Positions 25,652 through 35,506 of a stretch of 64,000 nt of DNA are shown here, piece after piece. The stretch covers positions 1,150 through 65,149 of the forward strand of contig CAZWYP010000003.1 of assembly GCA_964638415.1 (NCBI GenBank), given 5' to 3'. Position 1 is the stretch's first letter, and each line of letters starts with the position of its first letter. The stretch comes from an uncultured Gammaproteobacteria bacterium. Its GTDB lineage: Bacteria > Patescibacteriota > Patescibacteriia > UBA1558 > GWA2-36-10. A program made the position numbers and the translations under genes. The notes under the pieces were generated by a model. That model had not been told where the DNA came from. It made no database searches and saw only the letters and a program-made list of their open reading frames with translations.

Positions 25652-26704
25652 TTATTTAAAGATATTTTCTTTAGTAGAAGGCAGAATAATCTCCTTTAAG
25701 TGCTCCAAATCATCCAAAACCTTACCCGTACCTCTCACTACCGCTGTTAATGGATCATCGGTAATATGCACGGGAATCTTAGTTTCCTGGGCAATCAACA
25801 CATCCAAGCCCCGCAACAAAGCACCGCCGCCAGCTAAAACCAATCCCCGCTCATATAAATCAGATACTAATTCCGGCGGAGTATTTTCAATGGTGGTCTT
25901 AATATTTTCTACAATTAATTTGATGGGACGGGCAATCGCTTCCCGGATATTAGCATCAGTAATCCTAACTTCCTTAGGTAAGCCGGTTAATAAATCTCGG
26001 CCGCGCATAGTGGTTTCCACTGGCTGTTCTAAAGGTAATACGGAAGCAATCTGGATTTTAATTCTTTCTGCTGTTCGCTCGCCTAATAAAATATTAAACT
26101 TATCTCTGGCATATTGGATAATCGCTTCATTAAGCTTATCGCCAGCTAATTTCAAAGACTTCCAGGATACCACGCCACCTAAGGAAATTACAGCAATTTC
26201 CGTAGTGCCGCCGCCAATATCTACTACCATGCTGGCAGTAGCTTCCAGAATCGGCAAACCAGCCCCAACGGCAGCCGCTACCGGTTCTTCAATTAGTAAT
26301 ACTTCTGAAGCACCAGCGGCTAATACTGCATCCTCTACGGCTTTGCGCTCTACTTCCGTCACGTCCAAAGGGATGGCAATCATTACCCTAGGCCGAGGAG
26401 CAAAATTAAAAGATTCGCGATGCACTTTGTCAATGAAATGACGGATCATTTTTTCCGTTACTTCAAAATCAGAAATCACTCCATCCACCAAAGGCCGGAT
26501 AACACTAATATGCGGCGGGGTTTTCCCCAACATGATCTTAGCATCATCGCCCACTGCTACGATTTTATCATTACGGGTATTCACTGCTACCAAAGACGGC
26601 TCATTGGTAACAATACCCTGGTCTTTTACATAGACCAGAGTATTAGCTGTTCCCAAATCTATTCCCATGTCTTTGGAAAATTTTCTAAATACCCGCTTGA
26701 ACAT
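25652..26704 (-). CDS. mreB: Rod-shape-determining actin homologue MreB (paralogue 1)
   Basis: MGIDLGTANTLVYV, VVDIGGGTTEIAVISLGG; 350 aa; heads the mreBCD-mrdA cluster. Confidence 0.9.
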   Translation of the reverse strand: MFKRVFRKFSKDMGIDLGTANTLVYVKDQGIVTNEPSLVAVNTRNDKIVAVGDDAKIMLGKTPPHISVIRPLVDGVISDFEVTEKMIRHFIDKVHRESFNFAPRPRVMIAIPLDVTEVERKAVEDAVLAAGASEVLLIEEPVAAAVGAGLPILEATASMVVDIGGGTTEIAVISLGGVVSWKSLKLAGDKLNEAIIQYARDKFNILLGERTAERIKIQIASVLPLEQPVETTMRGRDLLTGLPKEVRITDANIREAIARPIKLIVENIKTTIENTPPELVSDLYERGLVLAGGGALLRGLDVLIAQETKIPVHITDDPLTAVVRGTGKVLDDLEHLKEIILPSTKENIFK

Positions 26705-26715
26705 TGAAAAAATAA

Positions 26716-28191
26716 TTAATATGCTTTAGCAAATAAAACGCGTCTCTTAGATGGCTTCCCAGTTAAAATGCATTTACCCTCTTCTGCAGAAACATCAAAA
26801 GGCAAACAACGGATAGTAGCGCCAGTCTTTTGCTTAATTTCCGCTTCCACTTCTGCTTCTCCGCACCAATGCGCTAAGACAAACTTACCATCGTCAATCG
26901 CTTTGATAAACCCTGTCCAATTATCCACCATCACGGTATTTTCTATTCGCCTTTGTTGGGCTAAATTCAACAAATTATCCTGTATATCTACAAGGGTATC
27001 CTTAATGACTTTGGCTAAATTGTCAATACCAACGGTCAGCTTATGGCCGGTATCTCTTCGCGCTAAAACTACGGCTCTTTTTTCTATTTCCTGCTGGCCG
27101 ACTTCTATCCTTATCGGCACGCCCTTTTTCTCCCAAAGATTATACTTCATTCCTATTGTCAAATCATCTCTTTGATCTATTACCGCTTTATCTCCCAGCT
27201 TTAAGGCTGATTTAATCTTCTTGGCAAATTGCAAAACTTGGGAGTTATCTGAATCATTTTTAATAATTGGAATAATAACCACTTGAATAGGAGCAATTTT
27301 AGGAGGTAATACCAATCCCTGATCATCACTATGAGTCATAATTAATCCGCCAATAATCCTAGTGCTCATTCCCCAACTAGTCTGCCAGACATGTTGCAAT
27401 TTATTATTCTTATCCAAATATTGCGTACCAAAAGCTTTAGCAAAATTCTGCCCTAAATGATGGGAAGTAGCTGATTGCAAAGCTTTGCCATCCTGCATCA
27501 TCGCTTCAATGGTATAGGTATGATCAGCACCGGCAAATTTCTCACTCTCGCTCTTTTGGCCAGCCACTACGCTCATCGCTAAATAATTCTCAACAAAATC
27601 TAAATAGACATCAAGCATTTTTTTAGCTTCTTTTTCTGCTTCCTTACTGCTAATATGAGCGGTGTGCCCCTCTTGCCATAAAAATTCTGAAGTTCTTAAA
27701 AAAGGCCTGGTCCTCATCTCCCATCTGACAATATTAGCCCACTGATTAACCATTACCGGTAAATCACGCCAAGATTTAATCCATTGAGAAAAACTGTTAT
27801 TAATTATGGTTTCGGAAGTCGGCCGAATAATCAATTCCTCTTCTAACTTAGCTGTGTCATCAACTACAATATTTCCCTGTTCATTATTCTTTAAACGATA
27901 ATGAGTAACCACCGCGCACTCTTTAGCAAAGCCTTCCACGTGACTAGCTTCCTTGGTAAAAAAAGATTTGGGAATCAATAAGGGGAAATATGCATTGGTG
28001 CAGCCGGTCTTTTTTATTTTCTCATCAAGAACCTTCTGGATATTCTCCCAAATCGCAAAACCATAAGGCTTAATAACCATCGTGCCTTTAACTGGACCAT
28101 AGTCCGCTAAATCAGCGGCAGCGACAATGTCTAAATACCACTGTGAATAATCTTCTTTCCGGCTGGTAATTTTATTTTTCTTAATATCCAT
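26716..28191 (-). CDS. proS: Prolyl-tRNA synthetase (archaeal/eukaryotic-type class II)
   Basis: 491 aa. N-terminal YSQWYLDIV...AIWENIQ and class II core motifs, with a C-terminal Zn-binding-type extension rather than a bacterial editing insertion. Confidence 0.85.
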   Translation of the reverse strand: MDIKKNKITSRKEDYSQWYLDIVAAADLADYGPVKGTMVIKPYGFAIWENIQKVLDEKIKKTGCTNAYFPLLIPKSFFTKEASHVEGFAKECAVVTHYRLKNNEQGNIVVDDTAKLEEELIIRPTSETIINNSFSQWIKSWRDLPVMVNQWANIVRWEMRTRPFLRTSEFLWQEGHTAHISSKEAEKEAKKMLDVYLDFVENYLAMSVVAGQKSESEKFAGADHTYTIEAMMQDGKALQSATSHHLGQNFAKAFGTQYLDKNNKLQHVWQTSWGMSTRIIGGLIMTHSDDQGLVLPPKIAPIQVVIIPIIKNDSDNSQVLQFAKKIKSALKLGDKAVIDQRDDLTIGMKYNLWEKKGVPIRIEVGQQEIEKRAVVLARRDTGHKLTVGIDNLAKVIKDTLVDIQDNLLNLAQQRRIENTVMVDNWTGFIKAIDDGKFVLAHWCGEAEVEAEIKQKTGATIRCLPFDVSAEEGKCILTGKPSKRRVLFAKAY

Positions 28192-28195
28192 ATTG

Positions 28196-28510
28196 TTATA
28201 ATAAGCTTAAAATTCTATTTTTCTCTTGTTCTAATATTTCTGTATCGTATTCTCCGGAATGGGCAGTGTGCCCTTTATAGGATGCCTTTTTCTGATCTAA
28301 ATGCAGCTTAAACTGAATCCCCTGCTTAGTTAAATCCACATACAAATGGAAGCGCGGGTAATTCTCCCGACCTAACAATCTAAGGTAGCTGTCATTAAAC
28401 TTAGACGGATGATAGCCAAGCTTCCTCATTAGATTAGGAAGATTATAACCCCCGGAATTGACTGTAGAAAATTTCATTCTCTTTAAAAAATATTCTTTAT
28501 CCCTTCCCAA
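28196..28510 (-). CDS. Hypothetical small basic protein
   Basis: 104-aa ORF overlapping the 3' end of rseP by 28 bp. It may start at the internal Met (MKFSTV). Confidence 0.35.
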   Translation of the reverse strand: MGRDKEYFLKRMKFSTVNSGGYNLPNLMRKLGYHPSKFNDSYLRLLGRENYPRFHLYVDLTKQGIQFKLHLDQKKASYKGHTAHSGEYDTEILEQEKNRILSLL

Positions 28511-29586
28511 ATCTGCCGGCCATAGCGGCTGACATCTCGCCAGGTAATAAAGACGAACAAGATCATCAGCAGGATAAAGCCGCTGTTATGGATAGCTGCT
28601 TCCACCCGATCACTTAATTTCCTGCGAGATAATTTCTGCGCTAAGACAAATAATAACCGTCCGCCATCCAAAGCCGGAAAAGGCAGGATATTAACTACTC
28701 CCAAATTAATAGACAATACTGCGGCAAATTGCAAGATATAAATCCAGCCAAGTTTTACTACCTGTCCGGTAATTACCGCTACGCCAATCGGGCCGGACAA
28801 AGCAGCGTCTACCTGCCCCTTAGTAATTAAATTGGCTAATAAATTATAGAGAGCGGCGAAAATCTGACCAATCATTAATACTGTAGTCTTTAAGCCCTGC
28901 CAAATACTAGCCCAGAAGCCGTAAGAAACAATTCCAGCATCAATCATGCCGATACCTAGAATAGGCTGACCGCCTTCAGTAATTACTTCTGGCTTAACAT
29001 TAAAAACTTTTTCTTCCTCTCCCCGCTTAATAGTTAAGCCAATAGTCTCCTGATTATGCTCTTTGATTAAATTATACAGGCGATCTGAATCATTAATAGT
29101 CTCTTCATTAAACATTACTACCTGGTCGCCGATTTTCAAACCAGCTTTTTCCGCCGGACTTTGCGGTGCCACCTCAATGATCAGAGTTCGGCGATCGCGG
29201 ATGTCTTCATTAGGAAGATCTTTTTCAAAAGCCTGAGGCAAACCGACAAAAAATCCAATAGACAACAAAATAAAAGCCAAAAAGAAATTCATTATTACGC
29301 CAGCTGACAAGATAATGGTTTTCTTCCAGGCCGGCTGGTTAACAAAGCTTTTTGGATCTTCACTATTATCTCCCGACTCTCCTTTAATCTTTACAAAACC
29401 GCCAATTGGTATCCAGTTAATGGAATAAATTATTCCTTTACGCTTAATTTTAAACATGCGGGGCGGAAAGCCAATACCGAACTCTTCCACATCCACTCCC
29501 AGTTTAATGGCGCTAAAGAAATGCCCTAGTTCATGAACTAGGACTAAAATCCCCAAAATTAATATAAAAGCAATAATTGTCAGCAT
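28483..29586 (-). CDS. rseP: Site-2 protease RseP (M50 zinc metalloprotease with PDZ domain)
   Basis: HELGHF (HExxH) in TM1, a PDZ segment (GLKIGDQVVMFNEE), and a C-terminal LDGG motif. Confidence 0.9.
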   Translation of the reverse strand: MLTIIAFILILGILVLVHELGHFFSAIKLGVDVEEFGIGFPPRMFKIKRKGIIYSINWIPIGGFVKIKGESGDNSEDPKSFVNQPAWKKTIILSAGVIMNFFLAFILLSIGFFVGLPQAFEKDLPNEDIRDRRTLIIEVAPQSPAEKAGLKIGDQVVMFNEETINDSDRLYNLIKEHNQETIGLTIKRGEEEKVFNVKPEVITEGGQPILGIGMIDAGIVSYGFWASIWQGLKTTVLMIGQIFAALYNLLANLITKGQVDAALSGPIGVAVITGQVVKLGWIYILQFAAVLSINLGVVNILPFPALDGGRLLFVLAQKLSRRKLSDRVEAAIHNSGFILLMILFVFITWRDVSRYGRQIWEGIKNIF

Positions 29587-30141
29587 TTAGATAGTCATTA
29601 TTTCTTTTTCTTTGGCCTCGCCCAGCAGCTTTATCTTCTCATTGTATTCCTTAGTGGCCTCGTCTAATTCTTCCAAAGCTTTGAATTTTTCATCTTCACT
29701 GATTAATTTTTCCCGCTCCGCATCAAGAATTTGATCCTTAATCTTCTCTCTGGTCATTTTAATACTTACCTTGCCGTCTTCCACTTTCTTATTGAGCAGC
29801 TTTACTAATTCTTTTCTATTCTCTTCTGTTAAGGGAGGAAAATTAAGACGGACTAAATCACCATCTACAATAGGATTAACCCTTACATCCGAAGCAGTAA
29901 TTGCCCGTTCAATATCCTTAAGAATATTCCGGTCCCACGGCTTAATAACTATGGTCTGCGGCTCCGGCGCCATGATGGAAGCTAATTGCAATAATTCCGT
30001 CTTAGTCCCATAAGATTCCACTAAAATCTTTTCTACCAAACTAGGACTAACCCGGCCAGTGCGTAGAGAACCGATTTCATTTTTTAAATGCTCTAAATTT
30101 CCTTCAAAAGAACTTAAATTATCTTTAACTAAACTATGCAT
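29587..30141 (-). CDS. frr: Ribosome recycling factor
   Basis: 184 aa. LRTGRVSPSLVEKILVESYG...LNFPPLTEENRKELVK matches RRF. Confidence 0.93.
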   Translation of the reverse strand: MHSLVKDNLSSFEGNLEHLKNEIGSLRTGRVSPSLVEKILVESYGTKTELLQLASIMAPEPQTIVIKPWDRNILKDIERAITASDVRVNPIVDGDLVRLNFPPLTEENRKELVKLLNKKVEDGKVSIKMTREKIKDQILDAEREKLISEDEKFKALEELDEATKEYNEKIKLLGEAKEKEIMTI

Positions 30142-30148
30142 AAAAATT

Positions 30149-31312
30149 TTACTGATTAATCGTAAATAATCCTAAATAAATATACTTATTGTCCGGGGAA
30201 ATTTCTATGGAATTCGTTGCCCTTTTAACCGGTAATTCGCTGATCTCCCAATTAATACCACCGTCTACCGTATGGTAAAAAGCATTATTGGTTCCGTAAT
30301 AAATATCCTGTCCGTTCAAAGGATTGACTGCTAAAGCATTCTTTCTTTCTCTTTTATCTGGGGTTAGCAAATTTATCTGCTCCCAGCGGTTATCTAGCAG
30401 TCTAAAGATACCAAGATCATTAGCATAAATCAAGCTATCTGGAACGCTGCGATCAATATCAATAGCGGTGAATAATTTAGTCCCTTTTAAGCGACCGAAT
30501 TCTTTAGGCTCTTCCTTTAATTTAATAGCGGTATACACCCCTTCTTTATTCTGCGGCTGAGAGTCGTCAATCTCATAAGCATCAAGTTTCATTAAATCTT
30601 CCCAAGTTAACCCAGCATCAATTGATTTAAAAATACCCTTGCTCTTAGTGGCCGCATAAACAATATTACTGTCGTTATGATTGAGCACTAAAATTTCCAG
30701 GATATCATCATCAAAACGGTAAATAACTTCCCAACTCAACCCTTCATCGCGGCTAACTAATAAAGACCCGCCGTTAGTGCCGGCATAAACCAAATCCGGA
30801 TTATCATAATTAATATTGATAGAGCGAATAAACTGATTCTCCCGAGATTCAAAATAAACCGTATCCCAAGTACGGGCGCAGTCCTCTGTCTTCCAAATCT
30901 TGTTATGGATAGCTACTAAAACAGTGCATTTATCTCTGGGACTAACCACTATACCATTAACTCTCCCCTGATTAGCTAAAGTATTAAACCAGCCCTTGCC
31001 AATGTTATAGGTATAATAAACGCCATTAGTCTGCGTTCCCAGCCAAATGGCATTGGTATCCTGCGGATCAAAAGCCATCGTGGTAATATTAGCAGCACCA
31101 AAATTAGCTGACTTGCCGTCAGAGGTATATAAATTATTGCGCTGTGTCCAACTCTTGCCATTATCATCAGAAACAAAAAAGCTACCTAAGGCTTCTTTAG
31201 CCGACTGGCTGGTATTATTAGTTTTAACGTTAATTAAGCAGCCAGATAAAACTAAGGGCAAAAAAATAATTAAAGCTAAATTTTTATTTTTCTTTATTTG
31301 TGACCAAAACAT
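30149..31312 (-). CDS. Secreted lipoprotein with BNR/Asp-box repeats (beta-propeller, Ycf48/sialidase-like)
   Basis: Lipobox LSGC. Repeated S-x-D-x-G-x-[ST]-W motifs (DDNGKSWTQ, SRDEGLSWEV, SIDAGLTWED, TVDGGINWEI). Confidence 0.6.
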   Translation of the reverse strand: MFWSQIKKNKNLALIIFLPLVLSGCLINVKTNNTSQSAKEALGSFFVSDDNGKSWTQRNNLYTSDGKSANFGAANITTMAFDPQDTNAIWLGTQTNGVYYTYNIGKGWFNTLANQGRVNGIVVSPRDKCTVLVAIHNKIWKTEDCARTWDTVYFESRENQFIRSININYDNPDLVYAGTNGGSLLVSRDEGLSWEVIYRFDDDILEILVLNHNDSNIVYAATKSKGIFKSIDAGLTWEDLMKLDAYEIDDSQPQNKEGVYTAIKLKEEPKEFGRLKGTKLFTAIDIDRSVPDSLIYANDLGIFRLLDNRWEQINLLTPDKRERKNALAVNPLNGQDIYYGTNNAFYHTVDGGINWEISELPVKRATNSIEISPDNKYIYLGLFTINQ

Positions 31313-31316
31313 ATTT

Positions 31317-32360
31317 TTATGTTTTTAAACTTAATATTAGATTTTCCCACAATAATTGCGGAGAAACATTTTTATTTATTTTATCTCTTAAATTATTAAT
31401 TGCTAATAGATTTTTCAACAGCCAAGCTATGGAAAAATTTCCCGCCATTTTTTTCAACTGATCTTCATAAAGATTGTTAGCCGGCAGGCGCCCTAAATTA
31501 ATCCACAACATGTCCCTAATCATCAGCTCCAGAAAATTTAGCTGCTGCTTGGTTAAATTGCCTAATTCATAAATCTTATAATTAGGGTTTTCTTTCTTTA
31601 AGGATGCAAACCAGTTGTCCAAAGTCTGCAGGGCGGAAAAATCATCATCATTCAGTATCTTCAATAACCAATCAATGTGCTGGCGAAAACTCTGCAAATT
31701 ATCTTCAATGAATTCCAGAGCCAGTCCTGGCTTGCCGAAAGATAAATTAGCCACTGTTTCTTTTTCTCGGGCAGTAAACTTAAAATTATTCAGCCAATCC
31801 AGCATTTCTTGTTTATTAAGCGGGCGGAATTTCAACAGCTGGCAGCGGGAAATAATAGTGGAAGGCAAAGCCTTAAGCTGTTCGGCAATTAAGATAATGG
31901 TAGTCTTCTGCGGCGGCTCTTCAATTACTTTTAATAAAGCATTGCCGGCAAATAAATTAAGCTTGTCCACCTGGTAAATAATTGCCAGCTTCTGTCCTCC
32001 CATCACGCCCGTCAAAGATAGTTTAGCCAGAAATTCCTTAATGCTGTCTGCCGATAAATCTTCCTGGTTTTTTCCTAAGACATACAAATCCGGATAGCTT
32101 TCTTGCTTAACCAGCCTGCAAGCTGAACATTGTTGGCAGGGAATATTGGACTTGCTCTGGCACCACAAGCTCTGGGCAAAATACTGGACAATCAGCTTCT
32201 TACCTAAACCTTTTGGACCATAAAACAAATAAGCATGGGCTAGCTGATTTTGCTTCAAGCTTTCCTGTAAAAATCTTATCTGCTGTTTATGACCATAAAT
32301 TGGCCAATTTAATTGCGCTGACATTACTAATAAAATAACATTTTTAGAGTAAAAAATCAA
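31317..32360 (-). CDS. holB: DNA polymerase III delta-prime subunit
   Basis: AHAYLFYGPKGLGKK P-loop-like motif, CQQCSACRLV zinc module and SRCQ sensor. The true start is probably the internal Met (MSAQLNWPIYGH). Confidence 0.75.
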   Translation of the reverse strand: MIFYSKNVILLVMSAQLNWPIYGHKQQIRFLQESLKQNQLAHAYLFYGPKGLGKKLIVQYFAQSLWCQSKSNIPCQQCSACRLVKQESYPDLYVLGKNQEDLSADSIKEFLAKLSLTGVMGGQKLAIIYQVDKLNLFAGNALLKVIEEPPQKTTIILIAEQLKALPSTIISRCQLLKFRPLNKQEMLDWLNNFKFTAREKETVANLSFGKPGLALEFIEDNLQSFRQHIDWLLKILNDDDFSALQTLDNWFASLKKENPNYKIYELGNLTKQQLNFLELMIRDMLWINLGRLPANNLYEDQLKKMAGNFSIAWLLKNLLAINNLRDKINKNVSPQLLWENLILSLKT

Positions 32361-32421
32361 TAAAGATAAATTACCACTACCTTGACAAAACTGTATATAT
32401 ATACTATTCTAGCCAATTAAA

Positions 32422-32916
32422 GTGTACGCTACAAATTTCAACCGAGAGGTTAGAATGAATTCGCTTGATCAGCTTGTCAAAATGCTTCCGTTCTTGTCTA
32501 AATTATTAGAACAAGCACCTGAAGTGCCCCACAATCCCAGTCCGGAAAAAACTGGCGGCTACCTGACTGTCAGAAGGATTAGTGACGGGAAAATACTGCT
32601 GGCAGTAGGCATCGGCAGCTTGGATGAAAACAAACGGGCAAAATACCATGAGTTTTCTCTGGAAAAAGCCAACCGGCTGCTGACAAATTCAGAACATCTA
32701 TCCAGCTGGCAAAGCCGGGATCCTGCCAACGGCAAATGGGGCGGTGCTATTCGCGCTACCAAAGGCGATGTCATCATCTCTTTTTCCGGCTTGCCGGAAT
32801 TGCTGGATGAAGCTGTGTGCCTGAGACTGGCTATTGAATTTGACCTGATTGATGAAAATACCCACAATGAGATCAAAGGAATCAGCCAAAACCAATTTGT
32901 TGAACCGGCCTATTGA
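32422..32916 (+). CDS. Hypothetical protein, possibly GlcG/DUF336-like, with atypical composition. Likely start at 32455 (MNSLDQL), which is preceded by GAGAGG.
   Basis: Isolated plus-strand gene in a minus-strand block. GC and codon usage are higher than the neighbours. Contains a GKWGGAIRATKGDVIISFSGLPELLDEAVCLRLA segment. Has its own strong terminator. Confidence 0.5.
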   Translation: MYATNFNREVRMNSLDQLVKMLPFLSKLLEQAPEVPHNPSPEKTGGYLTVRRISDGKILLAVGIGSLDENKRAKYHEFSLEKANRLLTNSEHLSSWQSRDPANGKWGGAIRATKGDVIISFSGLPELLDEAVCLRLAIEFDLIDENTHNEIKGISQNQFVEPAY

Positions 32917-32922
32917 TTACAA

Positions 32923-32968
32923 AGCGCCCCCTCAGACTTTAAGTCTTAAAGGGGCGCTTATTTTTTTA
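32923..32968 (+). terminator. Rho-independent terminator
   Basis: AGCGCCCC...GGGGCGCT 8-bp GC stem with an internal palindrome, followed by TTATTTTTTT. Confidence 0.75.
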
Positions 32969-32975
32969 TTGCCAA

Positions 32976-33371
32976 TTATCTTTTATCTAAAGCAACATTA
33001 ACTAATCTATCTGCTTCTTTATTCATTTCCCGCCGAACATGGGAAAAGGTTATTTTCTTAAAGCTCTGGGCTAGATTCCAGACTTTAACAAATAACTTAG
33101 CTAAATCCTGATCTTTCACCTTGTATTCCTTATTAATCTGCTTGACTACCAATTCACTGTCTAGAAAACAATGAAGCTCATCCACTTTATGCTGCTGCGC
33201 TAATTGCAAGCCAAATAACAAAGCTTTATACTCCGCCTGGTTATTGGTAGTCTCCCCGATATATTCCGAGAAAGTATGGCTTTTAGCATCAAGAATCAAT
33301 ACTCCGCCAATTGCAGCCGGACCGGGATTACCCCTAGCTCCGCCATCAGTAAATAATTTAGCTACCTTCAT
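32976..33371 (-). CDS. rnhA: Ribonuclease HI
   Basis: FTDGGARGNPGPAAIGGVL...TNNQAEYKALL...DSELVVKQI carries the RNase H DEDD catalytic residues; 131 aa. Confidence 0.9.
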   Translation of the reverse strand: MKVAKLFTDGGARGNPGPAAIGGVLILDAKSHTFSEYIGETTNNQAEYKALLFGLQLAQQHKVDELHCFLDSELVVKQINKEYKVKDQDLAKLFVKVWNLAQSFKKITFSHVRREMNKEADRLVNVALDKR

Positions 33372-35083
33372 TGTCTTAATTTCAAATCTCTAATTATTAA
33401 TTGGATCTCCCGATTACCATTCCACTGGTTGATATTCACATTATAAACAATATCCACGCGATGGCCAATGTCTAATTGCAGATTACCCTGGCCAAAAGCA
33501 ATTGCTCCCAGCTTTTTATCTTTCTTGACCAATTCCAATTTCCAATGATTATTATCTTTACCTACTCTTCTAGCATTAGTCACTAAAACATCTTCCGACA
33601 TGAATAGCGGTTCAGCATTAGCTTCGCCAAACGGCTCAAATTTAGCCAAGATATCTGCTAATTCCCAATTAATGTCAGTAAAATCTATGACTAATTCTAT
33701 TTTAAGCTTTGGCTCCAGATTAGCCTCAGCTAGTTTATCATTAGCTAATGATATTAAAGCTTCTTTTAATTTAGGAAAATTGTCTTTAGCTAGAGTAAAG
33801 CCGGCTGCCTGAGGATGGCCGCCGAATTTAACTAATAAGCTTTCATTAAGCTTTAAGCCTTCGGTAATGTTAAATCCTTCTACTGAGCGCCCAGAACCAA
33901 TAATATTATCTCCATTGTCAGTAGCTACAATGCAAGGCCTGTTATATACCCGCACTAAACGGCCAGCCGCCAGCCCAGTTAAACCAGCCGGCCAGTCACC
34001 TTGGTAAAAGATTAAAAGCTTATCTTGTAAATTAAGCGGCTGCTGCTGAGCTCTACTTACTACCTGCTCCGTTAATTTCTGCCGGTCAATATTTGACTGA
34101 TTCAAATCCTTGGCAAATTCCCCAGCTTTAGTCTCATCATTTTCATTTAAAAGATAATAAGCCAGATTAGCATGATCCATGCGCCCGGCGGCATTAATAC
34201 GCGGACTTAGCTGGTAGCCAATAGTCTGGGTGTCTATCTTATTCCTATCTACCCCCGCTACTTCTATTAATTTCCTTAAGCCTAAACGCTTGGTTTTCTG
34301 CAAAACAATCAAACCGTATTTTAACAAAGTCCTATTCTCTCCCAATAAAGGCTGGATGTCGGCTACCGTGGAAATAGCCACTAAATCCAATAGCCACTTT
34401 TCTATCTTCTCCCGCTCTTCCAGAGTTAATTTGCTTTGCGGACAGCGCAATAATCCCTGCACTAATTTAAAAGCCACTCCCCCGCCAGTTAAGAATTTAA
34501 AAGGATAACTTTCATCTACTTTGGGGTGAATGATCCCAACTGCCGGCGGTATCTGCTCGGGAACTGTATGATGATCGGTTACAATAACCTGCAAGCCTAA
34601 TTCATTGGCTAAAGATATTTCCTTAAAATCACTAATACCGCAATCGCAGGTAATTATTAATTTTGCGCCAAGATTAGCAAATTCCTTAACAGCTTCTTGA
34701 TTTAAACCATAACCTTCCCTTTCCCGATGAGGAATATATGTTTGGAATTTAGCCCCAATTTTCTCCAAAATAGTTGCTAAGATAGTGGCGGAAGTAACAC
34801 CGTCAGCATCATAATCTCCATAGATAATAATTAATTCCTTATTCTCCGCCGCCTGGTATATCCGCTCGCAGACTTTGGCCATGTCTTTAAATAAAAAAGG
34901 ATCATGAACATCCTGGCTATAGTCTGGATATAAGAACTCATCAATTTCCTTTTGCGTGCGCAAATTGCGGTTAAACAAAAGCTGCACCACCGCTGGATGC
35001 AACTCCGGGAAACTATCTAAGGCCTCCTGTTCTATTTTGTCCGGCATTTGCCACTGATAAGCCATAGATTTATATTTTAGCAA
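33368..35083 (-). CDS. recJ: Single-stranded-DNA-specific exonuclease RecJ
   Basis: DHH motifs (IIIYGDYDADGVTSATIL, VIVTDHH), a DHHA1 domain and a C-terminal OB fold; 571 aa. Confidence 0.9.
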   Translation of the reverse strand: MLKYKSMAYQWQMPDKIEQEALDSFPELHPAVVQLLFNRNLRTQKEIDEFLYPDYSQDVHDPFLFKDMAKVCERIYQAAENKELIIIYGDYDADGVTSATILATILEKIGAKFQTYIPHREREGYGLNQEAVKEFANLGAKLIITCDCGISDFKEISLANELGLQVIVTDHHTVPEQIPPAVGIIHPKVDESYPFKFLTGGGVAFKLVQGLLRCPQSKLTLEEREKIEKWLLDLVAISTVADIQPLLGENRTLLKYGLIVLQKTKRLGLRKLIEVAGVDRNKIDTQTIGYQLSPRINAAGRMDHANLAYYLLNENDETKAGEFAKDLNQSNIDRQKLTEQVVSRAQQQPLNLQDKLLIFYQGDWPAGLTGLAAGRLVRVYNRPCIVATDNGDNIIGSGRSVEGFNITEGLKLNESLLVKFGGHPQAAGFTLAKDNFPKLKEALISLANDKLAEANLEPKLKIELVIDFTDINWELADILAKFEPFGEANAEPLFMSEDVLVTNARRVGKDNNHWKLELVKKDKKLGAIAFGQGNLQLDIGHRVDIVYNVNINQWNGNREIQLIIRDLKLRQ

Positions 35084-35099
35084 TAATCTGTATTTTTGC

Positions 35100-35504
35100 C
35101 TAATCGCCTGACTTCTTTAGCTTCCTGACTTTTACCTTAATTACCTTGGCTTTGACTGTCTTAGACTTTACTTCGGCCACCGGCAAATTAACCACTGGTT
35201 CCGGTTCAATTACTTTCTCTGCTGTTTTAACTTTATGGTCTTTTTTCATTTCCAGCAGCCACCACCACAAACCAAAGACTAATAGTAACAACCCGGCAAT
35301 AACAAACCAGAAATAGACATTGTCAAAATTAAAAAATGAGGGATTGTCAAAATTATTAACCACCGCCTTATATTCCTCCCTTAAACTGGCTACCTGCTGG
35401 TTTAATTCCTGCAATTCCATTTCTGAATTCTGCAGATTATTAATTACTTCAGTAGTGGTATTTACTGTTTCCGTAGTAGTATTTTGTAAAATAATCTCTG
35501 CCAT
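35100..35504 (-). CDS. Hypothetical membrane protein (coiled-coil, one TM, basic tail)
   Basis: 134-aa ORF; no recognisable domain. Confidence 0.4.
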   Translation of the reverse strand: MAEIILQNTTTETVNTTTEVINNLQNSEMELQELNQQVASLREEYKAVVNNFDNPSFFNFDNVYFWFVIAGLLLLVFGLWWWLLEMKKDHKVKTAEKVIEPEPVVNLPVAEVKSKTVKAKVIKVKVRKLKKSGD

Positions 35505-35506
35505 AA

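Noticed and set aside
25626-26441. 271-aa plus-strand ORF opposite mreB1
   Set aside because: Antisense shadow of a highly conserved gene. Pro/Ser/Thr-rich low-complexity translation.
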